Positions 12,731 through 26,900 of a stretch of DNA of 64,000 bases are shown in pieces. Every line of letters begins with the position of its first letter. The stretch's first letter is position 1. The position numbers were made by a program, and so were the translations under genes. The notes under the pieces are model-generated. The model saw nothing but the letters and a program-made list of their open reading frames with translations, ran no database searches and was not told where the DNA came from. Source of the stretch: Octopus vulgaris (Eukaryota); the NCBI GenBank assembly GCA_951406725.2, contig OX597814.1, positions 165,726,001 through 165,790,000 of the forward strand. Reading direction: 5' to 3'.

Positions 12731-15700
12731 TCCTCCTTCTCCTTCTCCTTCTTCTTGTGAGCTGGTAGAATCATTAGCACACCAGACAAAATGCATAGCA
12801 ACATTTCATATGTCCTTACATTCCAAGTTCAAATTCCACCAAGGTCACCTTTGCTTTTCATCCTTTTGGAGTTGATAAAATAAGCACCAGTTGAACACTG
12901 GAGTCAATGTAATTGATTTACAACGCAAGCCTGAAATTGCTGGCCTTGTGCCAAAATTTGAAACCATTATTATAATTACTATTAAGGCAGCAAGCTGGCA
13001 GAATTGTTAGCATACTGGACTAAGTGCTTTGTGACATTTCTTCCAGCTTTACATTCGGAGTTGAAATTCTGCTGACGTTGACTTTGCCTTTCATCCTACT
13101 GGGGTACTGGTTGAGCACTGGGTCAATATAATTCTTAAAGACAGGTTCTTAGTGTGGGATTCATTATTGCAAACAAACCTAATATTCCAACAGTGTTAAT
13201 ACTTTTACCATTCTAAACATTCTCTATATATTTCAATATTCTGACCAGTCTAAGTACTCCAACATTGCTAACATTTTTAACATTCTAAACACTCAATCAT
13301 TTTTAACTTTCTAGACATTCTAACATTCTAAACTGTTTAAGCATTCCTAACATTGTAAGCATTACCAAAATTCTACACATTCCTAAATGTTTCTAAGCAT
13401 TCCCTAGACGTTTCTAAGCATCCCTTATATGTTTCTATCACCCAAACATTTCTAGGAATTCTCTAGACGTTTCTAAGCATCCTACAAACATTTCTAACCA
13501 TCTCCTAAACATTTCTAAGCATTTCCCAAACGTTTCTAAGTATCTCCTAAACGTTTATAAGTCTTCCTGAAACATTTATAATCATTCCTTTAATGTTTTT
13601 AACCCTTTCGTTACTGTATTTATTTTGAAATGCTCTGTGTTTCTTTTAATTACTTTAAATATTACAAAGAATTTAGTAAAATAACTTGGCTATCATTAAG
13701 CTAGTGTTAGGAACATAAATTGTGGCTAAGGTTTGGTGGAAGATTTTAATTCAAAACTTATGGAAACAAGACATTTGTACTCAGAGCCAGTTCTGGTTTC
13801 AGCCGGGTTGGTAATGAAAGGGTAAGCATTTCCTAAATGTTTTTGAATATTCTAAGCACTCCTCACACTTTAAACACTCCATCATTTTTAACTTTCTAAA
13901 CCTTTTAAACATTCCTAGCATACATACCACCATACCTAACTCCCTACATAATGTCATACTTATCTTTATGTTATGCTCTGTTCATACTTCTGTTCTTACT
14001 TTCATATCTCCCCCATTTTTACTTCTGTTCTTACAACCTCCATTCTTACCTCCAGACTTGTCTCTAGTCTTACCTTCAGACTTAACTCCATTCTTACATC
14101 TACACTACCTGTTTTTCTAACTACCAAACCTCCATATTCTATATTCCAGTTATCTATTGAAGCCCAATTCAAAGAAAAGTTCAACTCTGTGTTTGGACAT
14201 TTGGCCCCTAAAGGGAAACAAGTCACCCCAAAAGACATGAGGTGTTTAATATTTGGAGATTTCATGGAGCCTAAAGAAGGTAGTGTCAGGTTGTATGATG
14301 AGATTAGTGACCAGGATGAGTTGAGGCAGGTAAGTGTCTTGACTATAGATTATTCCCATCATCCTCATTGCCACCATCATCATCGCCACCATCATCATCG
14401 CCACCATCATCATCGCCACCATCCTCATTGCCACCATCATCATCGCCACCATCATCATCGCCACCATCCTCATTGCCACCATCATCATTGCCACCATCAT
14501 CATCACCACCATCATCATCGCCACCATCATCATCGCCACCATCATCATCGCCACCATCATCATCACCACCATTATTATTGCTACCATCATCATCGCCATC
14601 ATCATCATCATCATTGCCACCACCACCACCATCATTGTCACCACCACCATCATCATCACCACCACCATCACCATCATCTCTAAAATAACTGAATGTGAGA
14701 TGTGAATGGAATATTGTTTATAAGTAAAGCTTTATCATGTGATATGTTTCTGTGAAGGTAATTGAGAAATACCTGGCTGATTACAATTTGATGAGTAAAA
14801 CTCCAATGGATCTGGTCATGTTTCATTTGGCTGTTGAGCACATTACAAGGATCAACAGAGTTTTGAAGCAACCCAACGGTCACTGTTTACTCATTGGTGA
14901 GTATATAGTTTATGGTTCACTCAATAATTTTAATCATAACAACAAGAGCATGACAGACATGTGGCTCATTAATGACACAGGTGTAATTCATTGAAAGCAG
15001 ATTTAAAGAAGCAAATCTCATATCTAATGGGAAATTGTTGGGAGTAAGTGCTGGGGAACAACTGCCTAATAACAGTTGAGACAAATGAAAATATATCACT
15101 TAAAGATCAAACTTTTGAATGACTATCAGATGTGATTCAATATCACCTGTTTATGGCAAACATTTGTAACTAATTAATGGCAAAGTAATAACTCATCAAT
15201 TACCAAAATAAAAGTAAGCAGATTCAGAAACTTTATTCCACAATGTAGATATAAAGTTTACAGCTTTCTTTTAAAAATCTGTTATATAGATTAGAAGTAG
15301 TATATTAATTTAAAATAGCCATCTATGCATCATACTCAATCTAGATACATAATTGAAAGGTAAGTTGCTGTTGTATTGATCCAGATATGACATCTTTGTT
15401 TAAAAACACCATGTATATCAGAAGGAGACAAATATTGTACCGGCTGTGGCTAACAAGAACACATAATGCATTTTTCCCAAGTTAGGCCTTATCAGTGATA
15501 TGTACTCATAGCCAGCCTCATGCCTAAATGAGAAGGCCCAACTAGGTTGAAATACATCTGGCATTCTTGTTAGCCACTGCTGGAACAATTTTCATCTCTT
15601 TTCAATATTTTTGTGCTTTCACACATAGCATGTTCATTAGTGATTTTTTTTCTGGATGAATATACAGTAACTTGCTTTTAATGATGCGTTTACATTAAGT

Positions 15701-18700
15701 ATGATACGTAGATGGCTAACTTATTTTAGTTTATAAAATTTGGTAATATTACTTAATAACAGTACTGAAGAAAATTTGACATTTTGCTTTTGCTTTGGTA
15801 GGAATTGGTGGAACAGGCAGACAGAGTGCCACACGACTGGCAGCATTCATTGCAGAATTTGAACTTATCCAAATAGAGATGGGCAAAGATTATTCAACAG
15901 CTGAATGGAGAGAAGACCTAATGAAAATTATTCGAAAATCTGGTGAAGATAGTACTCCACTTGTCTTCTTTTTGGGAGATTATCAGATCAAGGTAAGCAA
16001 GCATCAAGATACCTTTCCACTAACATTGGAACATCATCTGTCCATTGTTCTGACTAGTGGCATGTGGTGACTGTTGTATTGGGTGTGCTGTCACACCCAA
16101 TGCCACCAAATTTCAAGCAGGGGTATAACAAAAGTTTTCCATTAAGATTAATGAGTGAGGTTTATCATCATTGTTTAATGTCCGTTTTCCATGCTAGCAT
16201 GGGTTGGACGATTTGACTGAGGACTGGTGAACCAGATGGCTACACCAGACTTCAATCTGATCTGGCAGAGTTTCTACAGCTGGATGCCCTTCCTAACGCC
16301 AACCACTCCGAGAGTGTAGTGGGTGCTTTTACGTGCCACCGGCACAAGGGCCAGTCAGGCGGTACTGGCAATGGCCATGCTCGAATGGTGCTTTTTATGT
16401 GCTACCTGCACAGGAGCCAGTCCAGCAGCACTGGCAACAACCTCGCTTGAATGTTTTTTTTTCACATGCCACCAGCTCAAGTGCTAGTAAGGCAATGCAG
16501 GTAATGATCACATTCAAATGGTGTTTTTAACATGCCATTTGCCATTTTTTATGGGTGTGCAGTGTACACCTAGTACACCCAGAATATATGCCTCTGGTTC
16601 TAACATCTTTCTAATGTTGAATAATCTTTTTGGTGACACGTTATTGTTTTTATCGAAAATCTCTTTGGCTTCTTAACAAAATCATTGGTATTTAAAATCC
16701 ATTGATGTTTATTAAATATTTCCTATTCATACCTCCCTCTTGACATATCAGTTTTATTAACAAATTATTAATGTTGACAACTATTTGTTGTTGACAACTT
16801 CCTGTATTGACATCTTATCCATGTTGATATGTCACTGATTTTTGCAAACTACTAATATTAGCTGTTGTGTCTGGGGAGAGTCATTTTCTTTTTGTGCCTT
16901 ATAACGTAACACACTCACTGGTAAAATTTCCACTTATTTCTTATTTTTATTTTCCTAAAATTTTCATTGCGTCTTGCAACCTTTTCAATAGTTTTGACTA
17001 TTCAGGAAAATAAAAATAAGAAATAAGTGGAAATTTTACCGGCGAGTGTGTTATATTATAAGGCACAAAAAGAAAATTACTCTCCCCAGACACAACAGAA
17101 TATGCTTCAACACACGAACTCACATAAAGAATCTTGTAAACCAAATCCAAAAACGAAACTAATATTAGTATTATATTGATATTAAGAGATTACTTTGTCA
17201 ACACTACACTGTTGCTAGAATCTTTATAGTGACAGACTCCAAATCCTTTGATACTCTTTCACATTGTCTGCTGTAGTGATTGGTTTTCATGAATGCTTAA
17301 ATTTCACTGATATCGTTTCTCCATTGATGTTAACACCTTGTTATTTGCTTTGTTTCTCACTTTCTATGTTTAATCTAACCTGGATAGCTGAGATAAGCTT
17401 TATTTAATATCTACTAAAGAGCTACAGAATCAACAGGTGTGAGGAGAGAAGGAAAGACTGAGCCTCATAAATTATAAGATGGTTAGATCACTACTGAAGA
17501 CTTTGACTTCCAGCATTATATCTAGGGGAGATTAGTGATGTAGTCCCTCTCCTCAAGAGCTATATTTTGGTGGTGGCGGGGGGGGGGAGAGATATTTTGA
17601 AGTCGATCAGAAGAAAGAAACAGATAAGTACAGAACAAATAATGGTAATGAAACATACAAATAAATTTACAAACAAAAGTATTGAACTTAAAAGAGACTA
17701 ACAATTACCCATGTCAAAAGGTCAAATAACAACTATTCAGTAACCTATATGTCCAAAAGTTCAGCATCAACAAAATAAGCAAAAAAAAAAGAAAGAAAAG
17801 ATGCAAAAATCCTCTGAAGACCTTAAAAATCTGCAACTAATTCTGGGTAGTCACAGAAAAGCCATGAATATTTTGAATATTTTGACACATCAAGCAATAA
17901 ATAAACAGTGAATATAAAAATTTCGGTGTTGTACAAAATGACTCTTCTGCAATTTAAGATCTATAAATTTATTAGGAATACCAAAAAGTAATGCTGTATT
18001 TCCAAGCTATTAGTCTGATGTTATGCAACAAATAGTTTACAATTCAATAAAAAATTTCCTTGCCATCAACCAATGAGCATAGAGTTAGTGACCATATGTT
18101 AACAGGGACACACTGTATGTGTGTATGCTCTATTGGATATCCCATGGAAGATAAGGACTTAATGAGCTGCATATTTGATATTGCATGCTTTGTGAAATTC
18201 GTAAAGGCAACAATGCAATACATACAAGGGAAAACATATGTCCTGATGGTGTGAGTGTTTGAAAATTCCAAAGGTAGTTTAACAAATTAAAAAATAGTGA
18301 TTTTGATCTTTTAAACGGACAACATCAATAATCTTTTCTACTCTAGACACAAGGCCCGAAATTTTGGGGGAGTGGGGCAGTAGATTAGATCGACTCCAGT
18401 ACGCAACTGGTACTTAATTTATTGACCCCGAAAGGATGAAAGGCAAAGTCAACCTCGGCGGAATTGGACAACATCAATAATGGCACAGGGAAAACAGCAA
18501 TTGAAGCAGATCTACATCAAAGTATCAGAGGGTTATCCCAGAGGCTTGATAAACCTTGGTCCTCTGTGCAAGACCATTTCAAACAGATTGAGAAAGTATA
18601 TAAAGAAGTGGGTACCTCATCCTGCAACCTGATAACACAAGGCCGCATTCAATAAAGAACACCCAAGGAAAGATAAGGGAGCTCTACCTCATCCTTTCAC

Positions 18701-21700
18701 CAGACCCAGCACCCTCAGATTATTGCTTATTCAGGGGTCACTTGAACACTTTACAAGGGTTAAAGCATTTAGAAGCAGAGACAATTTCGAAATTGCTTTT
18801 CAAAAATTTTAAGTCTTCTAAAGATCCTGATTATTTTTGCCTGAAGAATCCATAAACAGGTTTCATGATGGAAAAGAGCTATTGCTAATCATCATCATCA
18901 TCATCATCATTTAACGTCCACTTTCCATGCTAGCATAGGTTGGGCGATTTGACTGAGGTCTGGCAAACTAGATGGCTGCACTAGACTCCAATCTGATCTG
19001 GCAGAGTTTCTACAGCTTGATGCCCTTCCTAACGCCAACCACTTCAAGAGTGTAGTGGGTGCTTTTACATGCCACTGGCACGAGGGCCAGTCAGGCGGTA
19101 CTGGCAATGGCCACACTCAAATGGTGCTTTTTATGTGCCACCTGCACAGGAGCCAGTCTAGCGGTACTGGCAACAACCTCGCTTGAAATGTTTTTTCACA
19201 TGCCACCAGCACAAGTGCCAGTAAGGCGATGCAAGTAACAATCATGCTTAAATGGTGCTTTTTACATACCACCAGCACAGAGGCTAGTTTGATGGTGATT
19301 ATATTTTGAATAAAAATACATTTATGATATATGTTCTATGTTGATTTGTACTTATTACATTAAATGCAACACTACTTTTCAATATTTTCAATATAAATTT
19401 TTTGAAAATTTAAACATTAAACTTAGTGAAATGATCTTTTATAATTTATAAACCAAACAGGATCCATCATTTCTGGAAGACATTAATATGTTGCTGAATA
19501 CTGGTGATATTCCTAACCTTTATGATAATGAACAACGACTGGAAATTATTGAAAAGGTAAGATTACTACCCTCACTACCACTAATACCACCATCACACCT
19601 ACTACTGTTGTACAAGAATCAAATAGTGGTCTGACTTGCTAGAGATAGCAGCCAAATGCCCCTCAAATCACACCCTACAGTGTTAAATAAAGAAAGGACA
19701 TATTGGGTATTACAATTTTATATATCCCTATTGACAGGATTATCTTAGCTGGAATGCTTTTGACGATAGGTCTGCTCTGTAAGTGATGACCCAAGGCTGA
19801 AGAACCACACCACTGCCTACATGATTACAGTCAGAACAACCAGTGTTTGCCACTGCTACTACCACCACAACTACCATTGTTACTACCATCGCCATTTATG
19901 TCATCTCCACCATCCTCCAACCAGTGCTACCATCACCACTACATCTCCCACTAAAATATTTTGAAAGTTATGCTTTGCTGAAGAGAGCAAAATAATGCTG
20001 AAACATTCCCAGAATTATTTCCCATACTTACCAAAAGAATGAAAAGTGTTAGTCATTAGCTTTTATTAGTTTCCATCTCACTGCATATATCTAGTTTTTT
20101 GGAGGGTGGGTGTGTTTTACTGCTTCTTTAACTGGATTAGCACTAACTTACTTATGGATAATATAGTCCTAGATACACTTTGCCTTAAAAAAAACATAAA
20201 AAAAAGATGTTTGGATAGCCTTTGTTTATAGAGTTTCTCTTTCAGGATAAGCCTAGGGCTAAACAGCAACATCAGTAACATAATAACATGACCTTCCTTA
20301 TTCCATCAATGAGTTATGTGTTCACTTATTGGTCTCTTTCTTATTTCCCTTTTATATAAGCACAAGTTCAGTTTAATTGATTGTAAGGTTTTCACTGTGT
20401 AGAAGATTATTAATTTTTTATTAAATGTTATCCATTGCTTCATTGTGGTCTTTGTCTAGATGCAACAGCTGACACTTCAAGAGAATATAACCATTGAATT
20501 TACTTCCTTGAATATGTTCAACAAATTTATTGAGCGTGTTCGTCAAAATCTGCATATTGTGTTAGCCTTCAGCCCAATTGGAGAAGCATTTCGCAACAGA
20601 CTCAGAATGTACCCTTCGCTTATCAACTGCTGCACAATAGATTGGTTTGAGGTAATTATCTCTCACTGTGTGTCTCTCTCTTTTTCTCTTCTGGTATCCC
20701 TCTGCATATTTCATACACATACAAACACTCTTACTTACACATGCATCATCATAAGCATCATCATCATCATCGTTTAACGTCCGCTTTCCATGCTGGCATG
20801 GGTTGGACAGTTTGACTGAGGACTGGTGAGCCAGAGGCTGCACCAGGCTCAATCTGGTCTGGCAAAATTTCTACAGCTAGATGCCCTTCCTAATGCCAAC
20901 CACTCCAAGAGTGTAGTGGGTGCTTTTTACATGCCACCAGTATGAGGTCCAGTCAGGCAGTTCTGGCAACGACCACACTCATGCTCAAAAGGTATTTTTA
21001 CATGCTACCTGCACGGGAGCCAGTCCAATGGTACTGGCAACAACCATGCTCGAATGCTGTTTTTCACATGCCACCGGCACATGTGCCAGTAAGGTGACAC
21101 TGGCTACAATCATGCTTGAATGGTGCTTTTCACGTGTCACCAGGACAGGAGCCAATCCGGGGCCCTGGCAATGGTCATGCTCGGATGTGCTTTTAAAGTT
21201 TCCACTAGTATGAGTGCCAATCAGGCAGTACTCTCATTGGCCACATCAGCAATTTTGATTTTGATTTCACTTGCCTCTGTAGGTCTTTTATCTTTTACTT
21301 TTATCTTTTACTTGCCCTGAAGGAGTTAGTCAAATGAACTGACCCCAGTACCTATTATTTTTAAGTCTGGTACTTATTTTGTCGGTCTCTTGCTGAATTG
21401 CTAAATTACAGGGATGTAAGCAAACCAACACCAACTGATAATGGTGATAGGGGTGGGGCAAAGATACAGACAACACACATGAAAATACATATATATACAA
21501 GGTATGTAAGGTATTTGAGGACATACATTTTTTTGGTCATTGCTGCATTTTTTGCTAACTCTGTATAATCTTTGTTTCAGAAAATAATAATAGCAGACCG
21601 TCAGCTTACTCTAGAAATGAAGAGGCATGCTGTTAATGTGGTTATAAAGGCTGAGCATAGCGATTTAGAAATATCTCGATTTTTAAAAGTTGCCAGATCT

Positions 21701-23928
21701 TTCATCTACAAAGTTTGTAAGGAGCTTGAGACTGAAGATAGAGATGTATCACTAGTATCAAAGTATAAAAAGCATTCTAAATGTTCTGAAATCATCAGAA
21801 CACCTGAATTTATCCAGCAAGTTCAATGGTCTATTGATTACAATCCCAGAAAGTCCATGAGGTCAATTGCAAAAGATCTCCATGTGTCAGAAGGAACAGT
21901 TAGTAATGTTGTCCATGAAGACATCAGATATAGGTCTTATATGATGAAGAAAGGTCAATTTGTCAGAAAAAGCAAAAGAAAATCACTACATCAGATCTAG
22001 AAGTCTCTTAAACAAACTGAAAAATCCAGCAGAAGAAAATTTGATTTGGTTTTTCTCAAATGAGAAAAACTTCGACCAAGATCAAAAAGTTAACAGAAAA
22101 ATGACAGATGGTTATGTGCAGACCCTTCTGAAGTTCTAAGTGTTATGCATACAAACTTTTCTGTAACTGTCAAGGTTTTATGGGTTGTCAGCAATGAAGG
22201 ACTTGATGCCTCGTTACTTCTTTCCATAAGGCTTTAGAGTTAACTCTGCCACCTACATTGAGGTCCTGGAAATAATTGATAAGCCCTGGATAGATAGTGT
22301 ATGCAATGGAAGGTCATATGTGTTTCATTATGACTATGCACTATCACACATGGATGACAGAAAATTTTCATGATCACATAACCCCTAACATTTGGCCTCC
22401 TAATTCCCAAGATCTCAATCCATTGGACTATTACATGTGGAGTGTTGTTGAGAGAGAGGTCAATGAAAATGTCCATAACACCAAAGATTCTTTGAAAGTT
22501 GCCATAGTCAAATTGATGTCCAAAATGAACCAGGACCACTTGATTTGAGCATGTAGATGATTTATATCTCATATAGAAGCAGTTGTTGAAGCTGAAGCTG
22601 GCAGAATCATTGGCTTGCCAGGCGAAATGCTCTGAGCTCAAATTCTGCTGAGATCGACTTTGCCTTTCATCTTTTCAGGATCGATAATTTAAGTACCAGT
22701 TGTGTACTAGGGTCAATCTAATCGACTGGCCCCCTCCCACCAAATTTCAGGCCTTGTGCCTATAGTAGAAAGGATTATTATTATTGTTGTTATTATTATT
22801 ATTATTATCATCATCATCATCATTCTTATCCTGTTTTTGTTTCTGCTTTTTTTGTTTTTTAAACCCAAACCCTTTTTCAGCAATGGCCAGATGATGCCTT
22901 ACAACTGGTTGCTAACAAATTACTAGATGATGTGGAGATGCATGAAGATTTGAGACAACAATCAGTTGAGATGTGCAAACACTTCCACATCAGTGTGAGA
23001 GCACTAACGACAAAGTAAGTAAATCACATGTTATCTGTCTCCTTTTCTTTTATGCCACATTAGATAACATATCACCAGATGATGAAGGATAGTTTGAAAC
23101 TGAGATTAACTTCAGATAAGATGTTACTTCTGCCTTCAGGGTTCACTCTCACACTTTGTTATCACTATCTCTCTTTCCAGTTCTACAACGAGAAATACTG
23201 TTGAGTGGGGTTCTAATATTTTCTTGTTGTTAGAAGATGAGATGGGTAAGGCAGCAAGCTGGCAGGATTTTACAACATCCGAAAAATGTCTGGCAGTAAT
23301 TCTTCTGACTCTTTACATTTCTGAGTTCAACTCCCACCTAGCTCAGTTTTTCCTTTAATCCCTTCAGAGTTTAATAAAATAAAGTAGCAGTTCTCATTTT
23401 TTTAAAAATATATTTTCATATACATTGGCACAGGAGTGGCTGTGTGGTAAGTAGCTTGCTTATCAACCACATGGTTCTGGGTTCAGTCCCACTGCGTGGC
23501 ACCTTGGGCGAGTGTCTTCTACTATAGCCTCGGGCCGACCAAAGCCTTGTGAGTGGATTTAGTAGACGGAAACTGAAAGAAGCCCGTCGTATATATGTAT
23601 ATGTATATATATATATGTGTGTGTGTGTTTGTGTGTCTGTGTTTGTCCCCTCAACATCGCTTGACAACCAATGGTTGTGTTTATGTCCCTGTAATCTAGC
23701 GGTTCAGCAAAAGAGACCGATAGAATAAAGTACTAGACTTACAAAGAATAAGTCCTGGGGTCGATTTGTTCAAGTAAAGGCAGTGCTCCAGCATGGCCAC
23801 AGTCAAATGACTGAAACAAGTAAAAGAGAATACATAAGAATTTTTTAGTTGAAAAATATTTTGCTTCATTTATGCTGCATTTATTTAGAATATGTTGCCT
23901 ATTTAATGAATACATACACAAACATACA

Positions 23929-23983
<55 letters not shown>

Positions 23984-26900
23984 ATGCATACATAGATACA
24001 TATGTGTGTGTGTATGTGTATGTACAAATATGCATGTATGTGTGTGTAAGTCTGTGTGTATGCATGTCTCTATCTTTATGAATTATTCATCTCCCACATG
24101 GGTTTATAGAAATACATAAGAAAAGGAGAATGTGTGATCAAGTTCAGCTTTAGGTACTCATGAGCCTAGGTGTTGTGCCAAAGAAGTGGCCCATAGGCTT
24201 CCTGGCTCTCATAACACCAAGATGGTACTATGTGTAGTGCCTTTCTCAGTCGCTTCATTGCCATAAGTTTAATAAGAAGTTTGAACAGAGAATCAAAGCC
24301 AAATCATAGTTCAGTCTTCCTCTTCTTCCACCTTCCCTCAACCAGGGGCCTACCTCTACACCACAGAGACAATATTCACTGTAATAATGACAAATCTAAT
24401 TTCTTTCCTAGGTACTATGAAGCTCTCAACCATCAGAATTATGTGACACCAACATCTTATCTGGAATTAATTCGGACATTTAAGACACTCCTTAGTCAGA
24501 AAAGAATGGAAATTCTGACACTAAAGAACCGATATGTTGTTGGATTGGAGAAACTGGAATTTTCAAAGTTTCAGGTTTGGTCAAACAACAATATTCTTTG
24601 AGTTCCACAATGCCTAAATTGTCAAAATTGGTAAAAAAAAAATAGTTATCATTTCACTTTGCAATATATAAATGCACAAACACAATCAGTGAATAAATCA
24701 ATAAGCTCAACTAGTTCATATTGTTACTCTTACTGTTCTGTGTCCATGGTAAAGACCCTTAAGTTTTACTGACTTAGTCCATCTCATCATAAATATATGG
24801 TATGGGAAGTTACAGACTACCTTGGTACTATGTTTTCTAAATATTAAACTTAGCCATAAATATGTTGTTGGTTATGTCACTGCTGTTTTGCTTCTGGTCA
24901 AGCCTGGCAGAGAAGATTCACAAGCAAAAGCACTTCAACCAGTTATTCTTCTTTCAAGGGATATATAGGACTACATCATTGAATACCTTTCATTTTTAGT
25001 TTGATAATATGAGTTTTGAAAGATATTTGGCTACTATCTCTAAGAAGTAAAATGACTATGTATGGTCTCCTCCAGGGAATATATCAATGTATATTCTACT
25101 TATCTGTAAGAAATGAGATCAAATTCATCCCACATAACAGTAAATAAGTACCATGAAGTAATTGTAAAATAGACTCTATAAAAAGGCTCAATGTACATAA
25201 CTGTAAATGGGTAGTATAAGCATTAATTATATCATATTTAACCAGCCTAGCTATATATAGGTACCACAAATAAATGGACACCATGGTTATGTGCAGTCAC
25301 TCTAACTCATAACTAGACACCATAAGAAGATACAGTCCATCAAGGTGTAACTAAGAACTACATGACATAACTATAGGTTTGAAGAATGTATAACTCTCAG
25401 CAGAAATTCTCTTATGAATAATAGTTTAGAGCATGATGTACTTGTCCAATATGTCTTGTTTTAGTCACTGAAGACAATGCTGGAGATCTATAAGTGGTAT
25501 ATTGCCTAGGGTATCTTATGGCCCCAAGGAGCATGGTATTCAATGTTTACATAAATATACAATAATTGTTGATTATTTGGTTGTGTTGATTTCCAAAACA
25601 GACATAAATATTTTTGAAATGAACATCAATTTAATCAGTTTCTGAAAGATTCCTGGTGGAAGACTTGAAATTTAGTGAAGGGATATAGTTATTTATATCA
25701 ACTACTACACTGGTCCTTTATTTTATTTACCCCGAAAAGATTAAAGAGTGAAGTGAGCCCTGATGAGATATGAACTCAGAATGTTAAGAGATGTACCTAA
25801 TTATTGCAAGGCATTTTGTTTGATAGTCTACCAATACTATTACCAATTCAGTAATATTAATAATCATTTCCATTTATCATCATCATCACCACCACCACCA
25901 ATAACATTGCTACCATCATCCCTATTGCCACTATCAACCGTTATCATCATCATTATTATCACCATCATTAAGATGGTGGGTGGGTAGAATTGTTAGCACA
26001 CTAGGCAAAATGCTTAGCAGTGTTTTGTCCATCTTTGTGTTCTGAGTTCAAATTCTGCCAAAGTCATCTTTGCTTTTCATCCTTTCAGGGTCAATGAAAT
26101 AAGTACCAGTTGCTGACTAGGGTTGATATAATCGACAATCCTCCCTACTCACCCAAAATTTCAAGCCTTGTACCAATGATAGAAAGGATTATCATTACCA
26201 TCATCATTATCATTGTCATCATCGCTTTCCATTCACACAGTAATTTTATTTATGATTTTTATAGATCAACATCATGCAGAAAGAGCTGTTTGCTCTCCAG
26301 CCACAGCTACTAGAAACTAGCAAGGAGACAGTGGAGCTGATAAAAACCATAGAGAAGGAGAGGCATGAGGTGGAAGCTGCTAAACAACTTGTAGAGCAAG
26401 ATGAAGCTGTTGCTAACAAAGCAGCTACGGAAGCACAGTCTATCAAGGTTAGATGACAGTCATGATAATGATGGTTAGATGGCAATTATGCCGACCATTG
26501 ACATTCTGTTACTCTGGGGGTCTCTCACACTTTAAATGTTCATAAGCTGTGACCTTTAGCACTTTGAATTTCCTTGACATATTACCTTTGGCTTTTTTGA
26601 TTTTAGAGACATATTACTTTTTCCAATAGTTCAATGATGTATAACCCCTGGCAGTGGCATAGCTATATTGCATACCACTTAAGACAGCCTTTTGGATTTT
26701 TACCTCAATCCCCACTCTGCCAAGATTCCAAGCTGTACTAGCTTATACAGCAAACTAAAATGTGCCACCCCCTCACAAAAGTATCATTCAGGGTGGACCA
26801 TCCCCATGCCCATCTAGTTTCACTATTGATCTCTGACTCATTGAATTCTTTTGACATCCAATCTCTTGATTGAGCTTTAGTTATATTTGATAGTATCATT

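Noticed and set aside
12661-12804. Poly-Asn N-terminus on the 214-aa RLE ORF
   Set aside because: It is read-through of the flanking (AAT)n target tract and an adjacent SINE, not part of the element protein.
17430-18260. Possible decayed coding sequence or nested gene (also 1-560)
   Set aside because: No recognisable motif or consistent frame, and the dynein splice path needs no exon at 17430-18260.
23427-23500. tRNA genes at tRNA-like heads (also 34280, 6150-6217, 27796)
   Set aside because: Each continues into a SINE body, occurs in diverged copies, and several have TSDs; no clean cloverleaf is evident.
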